Source: Candidatus Latescibacterota bacterium (GTDB taxonomy: Bacteria; Latescibacterota; UBA2968; UBA8231). From it: a stretch of 64,000 nucleotides of DNA. The stretch spans positions 2,016,001 through 2,080,000 of the forward strand of contig CBDCXV010000011.1 in the NCBI GenBank assembly GCA_965223905.1, written 5' to 3'. The translations under genes and the position numbers were made by a program. This document shows positions 40,751 through 52,400 of this stretch, piece by piece (within the stretch, counting starts at the first letter, position 1; each line of letters opens with the position of its first letter). The notes beneath the pieces were generated by a model. The model was not told the DNA's origin and searched no databases. It saw nothing but the letters and a program-made list of their open reading frames with translations.

Positions 40751-41058
40751 CCAAGGTGCCGCAAAAAAACCTGCCCGGCGCGGATCTCGTTGTATCGGGC
40801 ATCGAAGCGTTGCAACGCGGTGAGATGACGGTCGAAGCCTTGCTTGTCGCCGTTGGCGCGACACGTCTGCGCGCGGCTGGTTTGCAGGTGCCTCAAGCAG
40901 GGTTGCCGGACCACCCTGAACTCGCGCTCTACACGGCCCTTGGTGCCATGTATCCCGGAGACACCCATTCCCGGTACAACAGCCTCATTCGCCGACTCGT
41001 CAGCTTCGAGCGGGCACTTGAAAGCCAAGCTGTACGCGCCGAAGTGGAGCCGGTATAG
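40747..41058 (+). CDS. coupled partner protein (putative antitoxin)
   Basis: GTGA overlap; 103 aa. Confidence 0.65.
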   Translation: MTKVPQKNLPGADLVVSGIEALQRGEMTVEALLVAVGATRLRAAGLQVPQAGLPDHPELALYTALGAMYPGDTHSRYNSLIRRLVSFERALESQAVRAEVEPV

Positions 41059-41393
41059 ATACATACAGACGGTTCGCCGAGGAGAGAAATGCAGTACTCG
41101 TCCTGCCAAAAAAAACAAACGACCGAGACCTTCGATCCCCTTGGCACCTCGTCGCAATCGACGTTATCCACGACTTGCTGAAAACCGCACTCAAGAGTTG
41201 ACCGCAGCAACCCCGGCACCCCCTCCTTTTGCCTTTCGTTCACCCCCCCATGCACAGCCCGCTTCGAGAGAAAATCCGAGTGGGCAGGTTGGACCAGTGC
41301 CATCGCTGCTGTTCGTCCTGGGGTAGGCCACTAAGCCGCTACAGGATAGGACAATACCTATTCGGCAGTGTATATGGTCCACGTTACAGGAAT

Positions 41394-44300
41394 TCATTTA
41401 GAAGATGAACCTCCTTGTAGGATGGTCCTTATGTCGTGACGGTGGGTTTCTACGAATCGGAGCCTTGTCTGTAAATCTCCCAATTGCAACGGGATTTCAA
41501 GACCGTCCGCGTTTTGAAAATATTCATGCATTCTTCTCATGGCCTCATCATCCTTTTTTACAAACTCCTTGTACCTCGCAGCGCACTCGGGACATAAAGC
41601 GAGAAACTGGGCTTCGTGTTCCTTGGTCAAATAGTCTTTAGAGAGAGCTTCCACTGCTTCAAAGTAGTACTCGCCATCGCGTTTCTTGAACGACATTTCC
41701 TTTTGACAAATTTGACAACACATCTTCCCGCTGGTATTTGTATATTGCTCGCTAAGCCATGTACGAGTGTAGGCGGTCGCCTCAGTTATTCGAACGGACC
41801 TTCTGCGCGGCTCGTAGTCTTTGGTTGCGGCATCGTGAAGTTTTTCGGTAAGTCTTTCCCATCGACGATCAGGGTTTCTCACTGCCCTTGTCGGGAATTC
41901 GGTTTGTCTGAGCTGATCTCTCAGCTCATTTGGAGATTTTCCCTGTTTCCTCAAAAGGTCAAGGATTTCGGCCATTTGTTCCGCTTCGTGGACAGAACTG
42001 AAACCTAGATTCTTGGCTTGTAGGTTCCGTGTAAATTCCTTCGCTTGCGGCCGAGTCTGCTCGTCTCTCGCCTTTTTTGCCGTTTCTCCGAATTCAATCG
42101 TTTTGAGCCACTTCTTTCCTGTATCATATGTGAATCCATCGGGAAGACATTCAATTAGGGCATCTCCGGGACGGACAAAGCTATGCGAATCTCCATTTCC
42201 CTGTGGCACCCATTCTGCCTCTCTCAGATCATGTACGAGGCTTGAGGCTCCGCAATGGAATCCTCGACTTCTGCTTTTTCGGTACCTTGCTTCCAAACAA
42301 CTATCATCGAGCGAGTTCATCGTTCGCCAGATCAGTCGCGACTTATCGAGATCGGGTTTATCGAATAAAACCTTAAATTCAGAAATCGTGTAATCGAGAT
42401 CGATCCAATCGCGGAATCGGTCGCCAGGAGCAGATATCAAATGAGAATATTCGGGATGACTATCTGGAATCATTTGCTCATTGACCTGCAGCTGTGTCTG
42501 AGCACCCACCGCTCTGGCAAATTTCCCAAGTTTTTCCAGGTCAATCCCGAGCTTTGCATAAGCCGAGGAGAGCCCCCATTTGCTTGCCTGTTCACTCCGC
42601 GCTTTGTAGTAGGCGCTCAATCCCGTATCCAGATAGGGTAAATCAAGATAAACCATACCAGGTTTTCCCCACCACGTTTTCCCATCCAGGTTCTTATCAA
42701 TTTTGAAAATATAGAAATCTCGAAACAGGTCTGCCTGACCGTGGTTCTCCTCCACTAATGAGATAAATCTAACAATGTCTTGTTCATGGTTTTCTCCCGT
42801 AAGTGATGTTTCTATATATCGCCGTTTCAGAATCTCCCTTACGCGATCTGTTTCCTGAACTTCACAGACACCTATTTTTTCAAGAAAGTTATAGGCTTTT
42901 TCCTGCAAATTCTGGTCTTTTCCGGACGAATATACGGCTTTGGAGACACGAGGAAATATATCGTCGTTATCCAAATCATCACTTGGAAAGTAGCAGTCTC
43001 TCCCTTTTTTATGGCTATATACGGGTTTTTCAACGTGGTATTTATAGCGTTTCCCCAATGAGATTTTTAGGGTTTCATACTGTACGGAATCGGGCCGGAA
43101 TCTGCGCAGGGATATCGAGGTCTCCGACGCACAGGTAAATCAGGTCGGCAAAGGCATCCAGAGTTTTAAATCCACTGGCTCGATTCTTGACCATGCGGAT
43201 AATGCGATTGAGCCCTTCGGCGGCGGCGTTGGTCAGGTGCGTGTCGACGAAGGCGGTGATGCCGGCCGCCTGCTTGCGCACCGTGTTGACGAACTTGCGC
43301 AGGGGCTGCAGGCGGCTGCGCAGGGCCGCCGTCGTCCACTTCTTGAGGAAGCGTTCGGCGGCCCAGCGCGCCTTGTAGCGCCAGAAGTGCTCGAACTCGT
43401 CCTTCAGGCGCCAGGCGCGGTAGATGCGGCGGTTGGCCTTCTCCAGGGTTTGGAGCGTGCGCCGATCCTTTCGCGAGCGCTGGGCGGAGTGATGCAGCAG
43501 CACCCAGCGCAGGCCCTTGAGCAGCTTGCGGTCCTCGCCACAGGCTTGCCGCCACTGCTCCTTGCGCACCTCGTCGACGGCTTCGTTGAGGGCCTTGACG
43601 ACGTGGAATCGGTCCAGGACCAACTCGGCGTTGGGACCATGCTGCCGGATGGCGCCGATGAAGGTCTCGCTCAGGTCGCAGCAGGCCCAGCGGATGCGGT
43701 CCTTCTGGAAGGCGCTGAGATGGTCCCGGAAAAACGCGTCGATGGTCTTCCGTGCCTTGCCCTTGCCGACCCAGACGACACGGGAGCGTTCCAGGTCGTA
43801 GACCAGGGTAGCGTATTTATGGCCCTTGGCGTAGGAGATCTCGTCGATGCCGAGGGTCTTCAGCCGGCGGATGCGGTGCCCCGTACGCCGGCGCTCGATG
43901 AGCCGGTGCAGCTGGTCGGACAGGGTCGACGGGGCCAGACCCAGCAGGCGCGCGGCGGCGGCCTGCGTCATCCACTGGCAGTACCTCAGCAGCAGGTATT
44001 CGAAGCGGTAGCTGACCTGGGCCGAGGGCGCCGCCCAGGGCACCTCCTCGACGCGACGGCCGTGGGTCGGGCAGCGGATCTCCCGAGGGGCGTGGTGCAA
44101 CCAGAGGGTACGGCCGCAAACGCGGACGTCGCGCCAGCGGCGGAACTCCATGACCTGTACGATCTTGCCGCGGCGCCCACACTCGGGACACCGGCACCCG
44201 TTCCTTTGGGGCTTCACCGCGACCACGACGGCCGCTTCTTCCCCGTGTCCTTCGAAGCACACGCCCACCGCGCGAAATCCCTTGAATTGGAACAGCTTGG

Positions 44301-45982
44301 AGACGAACTTCATAGCGGTCATAGGTCGCCTTCCCTTCCCTTTCTTGGGGAGTGCTTGATGGGGATACACCAAGCATAGGGAACGACCTATGGCCTTGTC
44401 ATGTACTCAGATGGACAGCAAGGGCTCAGGTACTTTCCGTACTTACGTTTCGGCGTTGAAAAACCCGGATAGACCCTTTTTTATAGGTGCCATCACTGAT
44501 GCGAACGATCGCAAGATACCGGAGCTTATATAGGCAGCTTTGTCGTCGTTTCGACAGAAATTCTCCAAGTAACGCATAGAATTCCTGATGCCATTCGTTC
44601 GTTTTCCTCTTCAACCACGTCTCGATCAATTCAGGTTTTTCAGACAGGTGATCTGAAAGATCTTCCTCATCCAATTCGGAAATTTCAAGAAGGGATAGAA
44701 AATTATCTTCACGCTGGTTCCGTTGCGGAGCATTTGCAGCCCATAGAGGCAGAGATTTATCCTCTTCAAGAATCGTAGCCAGATCTTCGTCCTTGAGTAG
44801 TTCAGACAACTGCCTGCTTCCGCGATATATTCCTGGCGCCGCAGCATGGCCACCGTGTTTCATTGGCGTCAGTTTCTCGTTCTTGAACACCTCCACCAAT
44901 TTTTCTTGGATAGGCTTGTAAAATGCCTCCAAGGCGTCGGGGTCATTGGGCAACACTGCCAGAAATGCCACGTCCAGCAATTCCTGGTTACAGATAACGC
45001 TAATAGATTCTGCGACCAAATCTGCAAGATGGTCCCGTAGTTCGTCATTTGCTGGACAATCGCGGACGCTATCGCGGGCAACGGTAGAGGCAAACGGCGC
45101 GTGAAGATGAAACCGCAGTTTTGATGTTTCCTTTTCGGCGGGGAAATAGATACAGACCTTTCCTCTGCCTAATGGCTGGATTCTCCATCCTTGTTCCTTA
45201 CTGCTTTCCATGCCAAAGGCCACAGCAATTCGACATGATTTCAGATCTCCCTCGTCTTCGTCTTTGACATCAACCACTTTTTCAAAGCGAAGATAGTGAA
45301 ATGTATCAGGTGGTAAGTTCTCGGTACGCCAAACAGAAATTTCAATGCGATCTCCATCCTCCTCCATTCGTTCCAGTGATCCCGATTTCGAATCAGGCAG
45401 CCGATATTCTATCTTTCGTATGTTTTTGAGAAAGAGTAATGCGCCTTCATCCAACTGCCGGAGACTTTTCTCAATCTCAGCACAAGCCTTTTCAGGGGGC
45501 TTTTGGGGATTGTCGAATGGAAAAAGGAAATAAGTTCTGTTCTCATCGAGTTTTCTTGGTGACAGACCTTCCGTATCAGGCACAAGCAAGTTCCGGATGC
45601 GAAAATGGTACTCGCCAGACTTAATTTCTGGCGTGGAGGTATAGGCAAACACAGCCTTGAATCCAACGCCAAATTCGCCGATGCTGGTAGAATCATCTTT
45701 TTTGGTAGTATCGCCGATACTTGTTATGGATTTTACATCTTCTATTGAGAAGAGCCGATTTCCATCGTGCTCGAACTGGACACTGTCAGAATTTAGAATG
45801 AATCGGACTTCCGACGCCTCCGCGTCCTCGGCATTCTGAAGAAGCTCGTAGATAAAATGGGCGTTGTCTGGATAGAGGTCCGTCAGCAAACGCTTGATGC
45901 CATCTTCAAAGTCGTTCTCTCGAATAGCTTCGACCCATTTTTTGCGTTTTTCAGATAGTTGCTGGACGGCTTCCAATGACAT
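41394..45982 (-). pseudogene. sacsin-like GHKL ATPase with C-terminal HNH-like Zn domain, split by ISL3 (1038 aa reconstructed)
   Basis: 'HFIYELLQNAEDA', 'IGEFGVGFKAVF', 'FHLHAPF'; C-terminal 'CQIC...FEAVE...LALCPEC'; frame restored on removing IS plus TSD. Confidence 0.88.
43013..44476 (-). mobile_element. ISL3-family element, copy 2 (transposase 43075-44373), 8-bp TSD TTTTTTAT
   Basis: same IRs, length and protein as copy 1; TSD at 43005-43012 and 44477-44484. Confidence 0.97.
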
Positions 45983-45984
45983 CG

Positions 45985-48900
45985 CTAATCTCCATCCAGC
46001 TCGATTACGCCATACGCCACCGGCTCGGCGATAATATCCGCCTTCTCCAGAGCAGTTTCCAAATCTTGGATGCGCCGCTTGTAATCTGCCTCAGCAGCCG
46101 CGATTTGTGACCGCCGCATTCGTTGCAGTTTCTCATCGCTGGCCTGAGCGAGTTGCTCCGCTAGCAATGCCATCCGCCCCTGGTGGCTTTTCCACAGACT
46201 TTCCCTGCGATAATCGGCGAGCTCTCCCGTCCGTTGTCGATGATCTTTCTTCGCTCGCGACCACACCGAATAATGCTGCTCGTCGAGGGCGTCCCACACC
46301 GGAGAGCCGCTACCCGGCGGATCAGCAACCGAAGTATCAACCGCTTTTTCAAGCAATTTTCCCAAGTGCGGCGTTACCGCCTCTGACGAGGCTATCGGCT
46401 TGAGCACCAGATCCTCCCGAATGCCGTGGAACTGCCACTGATATACAGCAAATTCATACCGGCCTGTAGGGACCTCGTTGCTCTGTGCCTTCAGCCCGGT
46501 TAACACTCGTTTTCCGGTCTTTAGCGACCGGGCTGCCTGCTTCACCAAGGGATGGAGAGGCGTGATAAACGCAGCGTCAGGATGTTGCCTTGCGCAGTCC
46601 CCCTCCAGGGTTATTGACAAATGGGGATCGCTCCCCTTCAGCCACTTTTCCCATGCCCGGTATTCAGGACCGTTCTTTTCCGGAAGTTCCTGGAAATCGC
46701 GAAACAGGGCAGTTCTCGCCTCCTGCGATAGCCGGAGTGTTTTCAAAGCTTTTTCGCCGAGAATGAATCCCCGTTCCTCTCCGCAGATTCCGTTCAAATA
46801 ATTCGCAACTAGCCTTTGTATAGAGGCAGGGGACAGCCAGAAGCTGGAAGCGTCTTCAACCTCCTTTTTCATCTGGTCTTCAGGCAGGCGGATGCCGAAA
46901 AGCTCCAGCTGCTGCTGTTCGAGTTTTTCCTGTTCCTTTACCAACCGGATTTTGTTATCGGCCAACTGTTGCAGCCTGGCCCTCCGGTCCTCTTCGCCCA
47001 AGGCGTAGTTCTCCGCGATGGTTTTTATCTCCTTGGAGATTTCCCCCAGGATTTCTTCGCTGCCGCCCAAGGCGTTCTCGAACACCCCGATGCGAACCAG
47101 ACAGCGTTCATAGATGTCGGCATCCACTGTTCCCGGGGTGATCAGGTTGACAATGGCTACGGTCTTGCTCTTTTGGCCCACCCGGTCAATGCGGCCGATG
47201 CGTTGCTCGACGCGCATTGGATTCCACGGCAAGTCGTAGTTGACGATGCAGTCGCAGAACTGGTAGTCCAACCCTTCGCAACCGATTTCCGAGAACAGCA
47301 AGACATCGAGCGCGTCGTTAGCTTCTCGCGGCTGCTCAAAACGGCTTCTGAGCACAATGCGATCTTCATCCGGTGTCCCGCCGTGGACCATGCCGACCCG
47401 AAACCCGTCTGTTTTCAGATGTTCGTACAGGTATGAAAGAGTGTGCCGGAAGCTGCTGAACAGCATCACCTTGTTGTTGGGCAAGCGTTGCTTTTCGCCG
47501 ATGATGTTGCGAAGGGCTTCCAGCTTCGGGTCGTGAGGATCAAGGCTGCGCGCCTGTTCAAGGACAGCTTGAATCCTCCCCTGGATGGAGCCGATGGTCT
47601 CCCCGGGCGGGACCGTCCCCATATCGTCGGCTTCCTCCCATTCCAGTTCGTCGAGGTGACGGTTCAGAATGCTCTCGAGGAACGGGACCAGCCCATACAG
47701 GCAACTCGCCGCTTGTCGCCTGATCGTGGTCAACAGGAACTTTACGTTGATGTCGTCGTGTAGCCGGCGAAATATGTCCGCCTGGACCTGGAGCAATTCG
47801 TCGTGGAGCTGTTGCTGGGGGGTAGTGAATGCAACCATTACCGTTTCCGGTTTTCTGACGGTAAACGCACCGATGTCGCGCCGTCGCGTCCGGTTTATGA
47901 TCCCTGCAAAGGTGTGCAATGCCTCCGTATCGGTGATGAGTTGGACCCTTTCGTCGGCTGCTACGCTGCCCTCCGCAAGCTGTTCTTTTATACGGTTGAA
48001 CTCAGGATTTGCCTTGAGCATCGTCTGTCCCCAAGCAGTTGCTGCGGCCTTGTCCAGAGCTTGGGTCGCCTGAGCTGTCCAGTCGGGTGGCTGGGCGCGC
48101 ACCTGGTGGACCGCCTCGTTGATAAACGGATTGGGAGCCGCGATATGCTCGAACGTCTCCTCGTCCAGAATGAGGTCGGGGCGCAACGTATTCAGCAGTA
48201 CGAACAGATCGTGGTTGCCGAGTTGGATCGGGGTGGCAGTGAGAAAGACCACCGCTTCCGCATGGTCGCAGAAAAAACGCACCGCCTTGTGCGCGAAGGT
48301 GTGCTGGTTGCGGATGCGGTGGGCTTCATCGACAATCACGAGATCGAAGCGCGGCGGCGGGTCCAGGTCCAAAAGCCCTTTTCCGCGCCTTCGCGTCCGG
48401 TTGCCTTCGGGACCGTAAAGGAGGGCCTCGTCAAACAGCGAATAGGGAAGAATCGCCTTCTGGTGCCGCTCGGGCCACTCCCCTTCCAGGTTTATCTCAC
48501 TGATGCAGTATCGCAGGGTGGGGCCGTCGAGATGAGTGAATCGCTCGTCGAACCGTTTCATCTCAAGCTCCCACTTGCGCTCGATTACCAGTTGGCGGGG
48601 ACAGACGACGAGCACCGATTGGATTTCCCGCCTTGCCTGCAATTCCCGCAGAATCAGTCCAGCTTCGATGGTTTTGCCGACTCCGACGCCATCGGCGATC
48701 AGCAGTCGCGGACGATCCGATCGGATGAACTTGAGCACCGGGCGGAACTGGTAGGGGATGAAGTCGACCCGTGCTGCGTTCAGCGAATACAGGGTCGACA
48801 GATTGGGATGGCGTATTTGCAGGGCGGTCAGGCAGGCGTGAAACTGTTCGGAAGAGAGGAGCGAGACCGCATCCCCTTGATCGTCGGCCTGCAACTGAGA

Positions 48901-49134
48901 GGCGTAATACGTCTGAACGTTGCTACCGACAAAAACCTTGATGCGGTCTTCGGGGGTCCCCGGGACTACTTCGACAACTGCTCCCTTGACGGATGGGTTG
49001 GACGCGAGGCAAACGAGCTGGCCTGGGGCAAACTCCGCTTGGGGTCGACTGTCAGAAGTTGGTAACTGCAACTCTGCCCCTTCACGGAAGAATTTTCCTC
49101 TCTCGGCCCTGGAAAAATCATATTCCTGTTTCAT
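45985..49134 (-). CDS. SNF2/RapA-like helicase with N-terminal BrnA-type antitoxin peptide
   Basis: 'LIADGVGVGKT', 'DEAH', 'LTATP', 'NYDLPWNPMRVEQRIGRIDRVGQ'; starts MKQEYDFSRAERGKFF. Confidence 0.9.
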   Translation of the reverse strand: MKQEYDFSRAERGKFFREGAELQLPTSDSRPQAEFAPGQLVCLASNPSVKGAVVEVVPGTPEDRIKVFVGSNVQTYYASQLQADDQGDAVSLLSSEQFHACLTALQIRHPNLSTLYSLNAARVDFIPYQFRPVLKFIRSDRPRLLIADGVGVGKTIEAGLILRELQARREIQSVLVVCPRQLVIERKWELEMKRFDERFTHLDGPTLRYCISEINLEGEWPERHQKAILPYSLFDEALLYGPEGNRTRRRGKGLLDLDPPPRFDLVIVDEAHRIRNQHTFAHKAVRFFCDHAEAVVFLTATPIQLGNHDLFVLLNTLRPDLILDEETFEHIAAPNPFINEAVHQVRAQPPDWTAQATQALDKAAATAWGQTMLKANPEFNRIKEQLAEGSVAADERVQLITDTEALHTFAGIINRTRRRDIGAFTVRKPETVMVAFTTPQQQLHDELLQVQADIFRRLHDDINVKFLLTTIRRQAASCLYGLVPFLESILNRHLDELEWEEADDMGTVPPGETIGSIQGRIQAVLEQARSLDPHDPKLEALRNIIGEKQRLPNNKVMLFSSFRHTLSYLYEHLKTDGFRVGMVHGGTPDEDRIVLRSRFEQPREANDALDVLLFSEIGCEGLDYQFCDCIVNYDLPWNPMRVEQRIGRIDRVGQKSKTVAIVNLITPGTVDADIYERCLVRIGVFENALGGSEEILGEISKEIKTIAENYALGEEDRRARLQQLADNKIRLVKEQEKLEQQQLELFGIRLPEDQMKKEVEDASSFWLSPASIQRLVANYLNGICGEERGFILGEKALKTLRLSQEARTALFRDFQELPEKNGPEYRAWEKWLKGSDPHLSITLEGDCARQHPDAAFITPLHPLVKQAARSLKTGKRVLTGLKAQSNEVPTGRYEFAVYQWQFHGIREDLVLKPIASSEAVTPHLGKLLEKAVDTSVADPPGSGSPVWDALDEQHYSVWSRAKKDHRQRTGELADYRRESLWKSHQGRMALLAEQLAQASDEKLQRMRRSQIAAAEADYKRRIQDLETALEKADIIAEPVAYGVIELDGD

Positions 49135-49420
49135 TGTACTGCCTTGCTTCATTGGTGGTTGCCTTGCGTGCGGAGATCAGCCGTATCCGGCCGCTTGAGG
49201 CAGTCTCTTCGCGATACGTATGACAAACGACCAGTAAACTACCTGTCCGATCCAGGCCAAGAGTGATCCACCGGGCCTCGTCCAAGCTGTGTTCCTCGTC
49301 GAACTCAGAGAGCGCTCGCGGATCCTGAAAAACGGTAGCAGCACGTTCGAACGTAATCCCATGGGCCCTGAGATTCTGTTCTGCCTTGCTGGAATCCCAT
49401 TCAAACTTATGCTGAAACAA
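49118..49420 (-). CDS. brnT: BrnT-family toxin
   Basis: 'FEWDSSKAEQNLRAHGITF...RLISARKAT'. Confidence 0.9.
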   Translation of the reverse strand: MFQHKFEWDSSKAEQNLRAHGITFERAATVFQDPRALSEFDEEHSLDEARWITLGLDRTGSLLVVCHTYREETASSGRIRLISARKATTNEARQYNETGI

Positions 49421-49469
49421 ATGAGGCGCACCCCGTCAACCGGACAGAAGTGGGCTGAAATACACCCCT

Positions 49470-52400
49470 TCAGTCCACCACCACCGCCGGAAGGCCGGAC
49501 TCCCGGACCTGTTCGTTGAACGCGGCCAACTCAGTTTCAGCGAAGCGGTCGAGGCGGCCCTGGATCTCATCGAGCTGCGCCGACAGGTCGTCGAACAGCT
49601 CGCGCGCCTGCCGGGGCGGCGCCGCGTCGGCGATCCCGACGACGCTGGCCACGGTGGCGAGCTTGGAGATCAGCTGCCGCGGCAGACGCAGGATGTCGGC
49701 CGGCGATTCGTCACCGATCTGCACGAGCAGCGCCTCGATCTCCGTCAGCTCGTCGCACAGCTTACCGGCGCTCTCGGCGATTTCCCCGGCCCCGCCCTCC
49801 TCCGCCCTTCCCTTCCATTCCAGCAGCTGCCGCTGGATTCTGCGGATGCGGTCGACGGCCTGGTTCCCCTGCTCGACCCGGTCGCGGACCGCGGACCCGA
49901 GCTGGAACTGCGCCTCGAAGTCGGCCTGCGTCGCCGACACGCGCGGGTCCTTGACGACCTCGAACGATTGCTCGAAGGTCGCGTCCCCCACCTTGAGCTG
50001 CACCTGGTACCTGCCCGGGGGGGCCACCTGCCCCTGGCCCTTCCCCGGGGGGGCGACCAGGCCCTTGGGATCGCCGCGGACCGGGCTCTCTTCCGAGATC
50101 TTCTCCGCACCCGGATAGCGCAGGTCCCAGACGAAGCGGTTCAGGCCGGCCTCGGCGGGAGCATGGAGCTCCTGCTTCTGCTTTTCCTTCTCCTCCTCCC
50201 CTTCCCCGTCATCGGCGTCGGGGACGCGGCTATTGAAGCTGCGCACCACTTCCCCCCCCGAGTCGCTGATCGTCAGCTCGATCGGCTCCTCCGGCTCCGC
50301 GGCTAGCGAGTAGTAGATGATCGCCCCTTTCGGCGGATTCTCCCCGGCGTCGAGCCATTTCCGCCCGACCTCGCCGTTGGCGTCCGTTTTAACGTAGTAC
50401 CCCGCGTTGGCTCCCAACCCCATCATGTAGTTCTTGACGCTCTCGTTGTCGCTGCGGAACATCGCCGCGGACCAGTGCAGGGTGTGGCGGATGGTCGTGC
50501 GCGGCGCGTACAGGGAATCGGCGCCCACCGCGGCCCCGGCTGCGAGGGCGCGCAGCGGCGTCAGGTCGTCGAGAATCCAGAAGGAGCGGCCGTGCGTGCC
50601 GGCGACCAGATCGCCGCGGACGATGGCGATGTCGTAGACCGGCACCACCGGCAGGTTGTTGCGCAGGGACAGCCAGGTGCCGCCGTCGTCCGGCGACCAG
50701 GCGATCCCGGTCTCGGTGCCGGCGTAGAGGAGTCCTGCCTGCTTCGGGTCCTCGCGGACGACGCGGCTGATCTCCCCTTCCGGGAAGCCCCCGGCGAGGG
50801 ATCGCCAGGTCTCGCCGTAGTTCTCGGTCTTGTACAGGTAAGCGCCGAAGTCGTCGAGCTTGTAGCGCGTCGCCGCCACGTACGCGGTGCCGGCCTCGTG
50901 GTGGGAGGCCTCGATGTTGGCCACCATCGTCCTCGGCTCGAGTTCCGGTGGGGTGACCTCCCGCCACTCGCCGCCGTTGTCGCGGCTGACGTGAACGAGC
51001 CCGTCGTCGCTTCCGGCCCACAACACCCCGGCCTCGAGCGGCGATTCCGCGAAGGCGTAGATCGTGCCGTATTGCTCGGCGCCGCTGGCGTCCTTGGTGA
51101 GCGGCCCCCCCGACGCCAGCAGGGTCTCGGCCTCGCCGCGCGTCAGGTCCGGGCTGATCGCCTCCCAGCTCGAGCCCTCGTCCCGGGTGCGGAAGAGGAT
51201 GTTGCCCGCGGCGTAGAGCACGTCCTCCTCGTGCTTCGAGAAGGCGATCGGGAAGGTCCAGTTGAAGCGGTACTTGAGGTCGGCGGTGTCGCTGCCGATC
51301 GACTCTTCCGGCCACACGTTGACGAGGCGGATCTGGCGGGTGTGGTGGTCGTAGCGCTGCAGCGCCCCGTTGCCCCCCGGGGAGCTGCCGATGGCTCCGA
51401 TGTAGACGATGCCGGGGTCCTTCGGGTCGACGGCGATGTCGCCGCTCTCCCCGGACCCGACCGGGTAGCAGTGCTGCCAGGAGATGCCGCCGAACTCGGT
51501 GGCGCTCGGCACGCTGATGCTCGAGTTGTCCTGCTGCGTGGCGCAGACCCGGTAGGGGAACTGGCTGTCGACGCTGATGCGGTAGAACTGGGAGGTCGGC
51601 TGGTTGTAGATCGTCGACCAGGACTCGCCGCCGTTGAGGGAAACGCAGGCGCCGCCGTCGTTCCCCTGGGCCATCCGCCGCGGATTGCGGGGGTCGATCC
51701 ACAGGTCGTGGTTGTCGCCGTGCGGGGTCGAGACCTCGCTGAAGGTCGCCCCGCCGTCCGTCGACTTCCACATCTTGAGGTTGAGGATGTAGAGGGTGTC
51801 GGCGTCCTGCGGGTCGGCGAAGACGTGGCAGTAGTAGAACGGGCGGTGGATGAGGTCGCGGTTGCCCGACACCAGGTCCCAGTTCTCGCCGCCGTCGTCC
51901 GACCGGTACAGCCCGGCTTTTTCCGCCTCGACGATGGCCCACACCCTTTGCGGGCGGGCCGGGGAAACGGCGACGCCGATCTTCCCCTTGATGCCCTTGG
52001 GAAGTCCCGGCCTGTCCGAGAGGTCCTCCCAGGTGTCGCCGCCGTCGCTCGTTTTGTGCAGGCCGCTGCCGGGGCCGCCGCTCGACATGTTCCAGAAGTT
52101 GCGGTACGCCTCCCAGATCGAAGCGTAGATGATCCTCGGGTTGTTCGGGTCCATCGACAGGTCGACCGCCCCCGCCCTGTCGCTCTCGAACAGGACCCGC
52201 TCCCACTCTGCACCGCCGTTGCGCGAGCGGTACACCCCGCGCTGGTCGTTGGGGCCGAACAGGTGGCCGAAGGCGGCGGCGTACACGAGGTCGGGGTCGC
52301 CCGGATGAACGCGGATCTTGCCGATGTGGCGGGTATCCTCCAGCCCGGTGTGGCTCCAGGTGCGGCCTCCGTCCGAGCTGCGGTACACCCCGTCCCCCCA

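Noticed and set aside
14981-44476. Composite transposon or inversion between the two ISL3 copies
   Set aside because: Copy 2 has its own TSD inside a single gene; the outer flanks do not match
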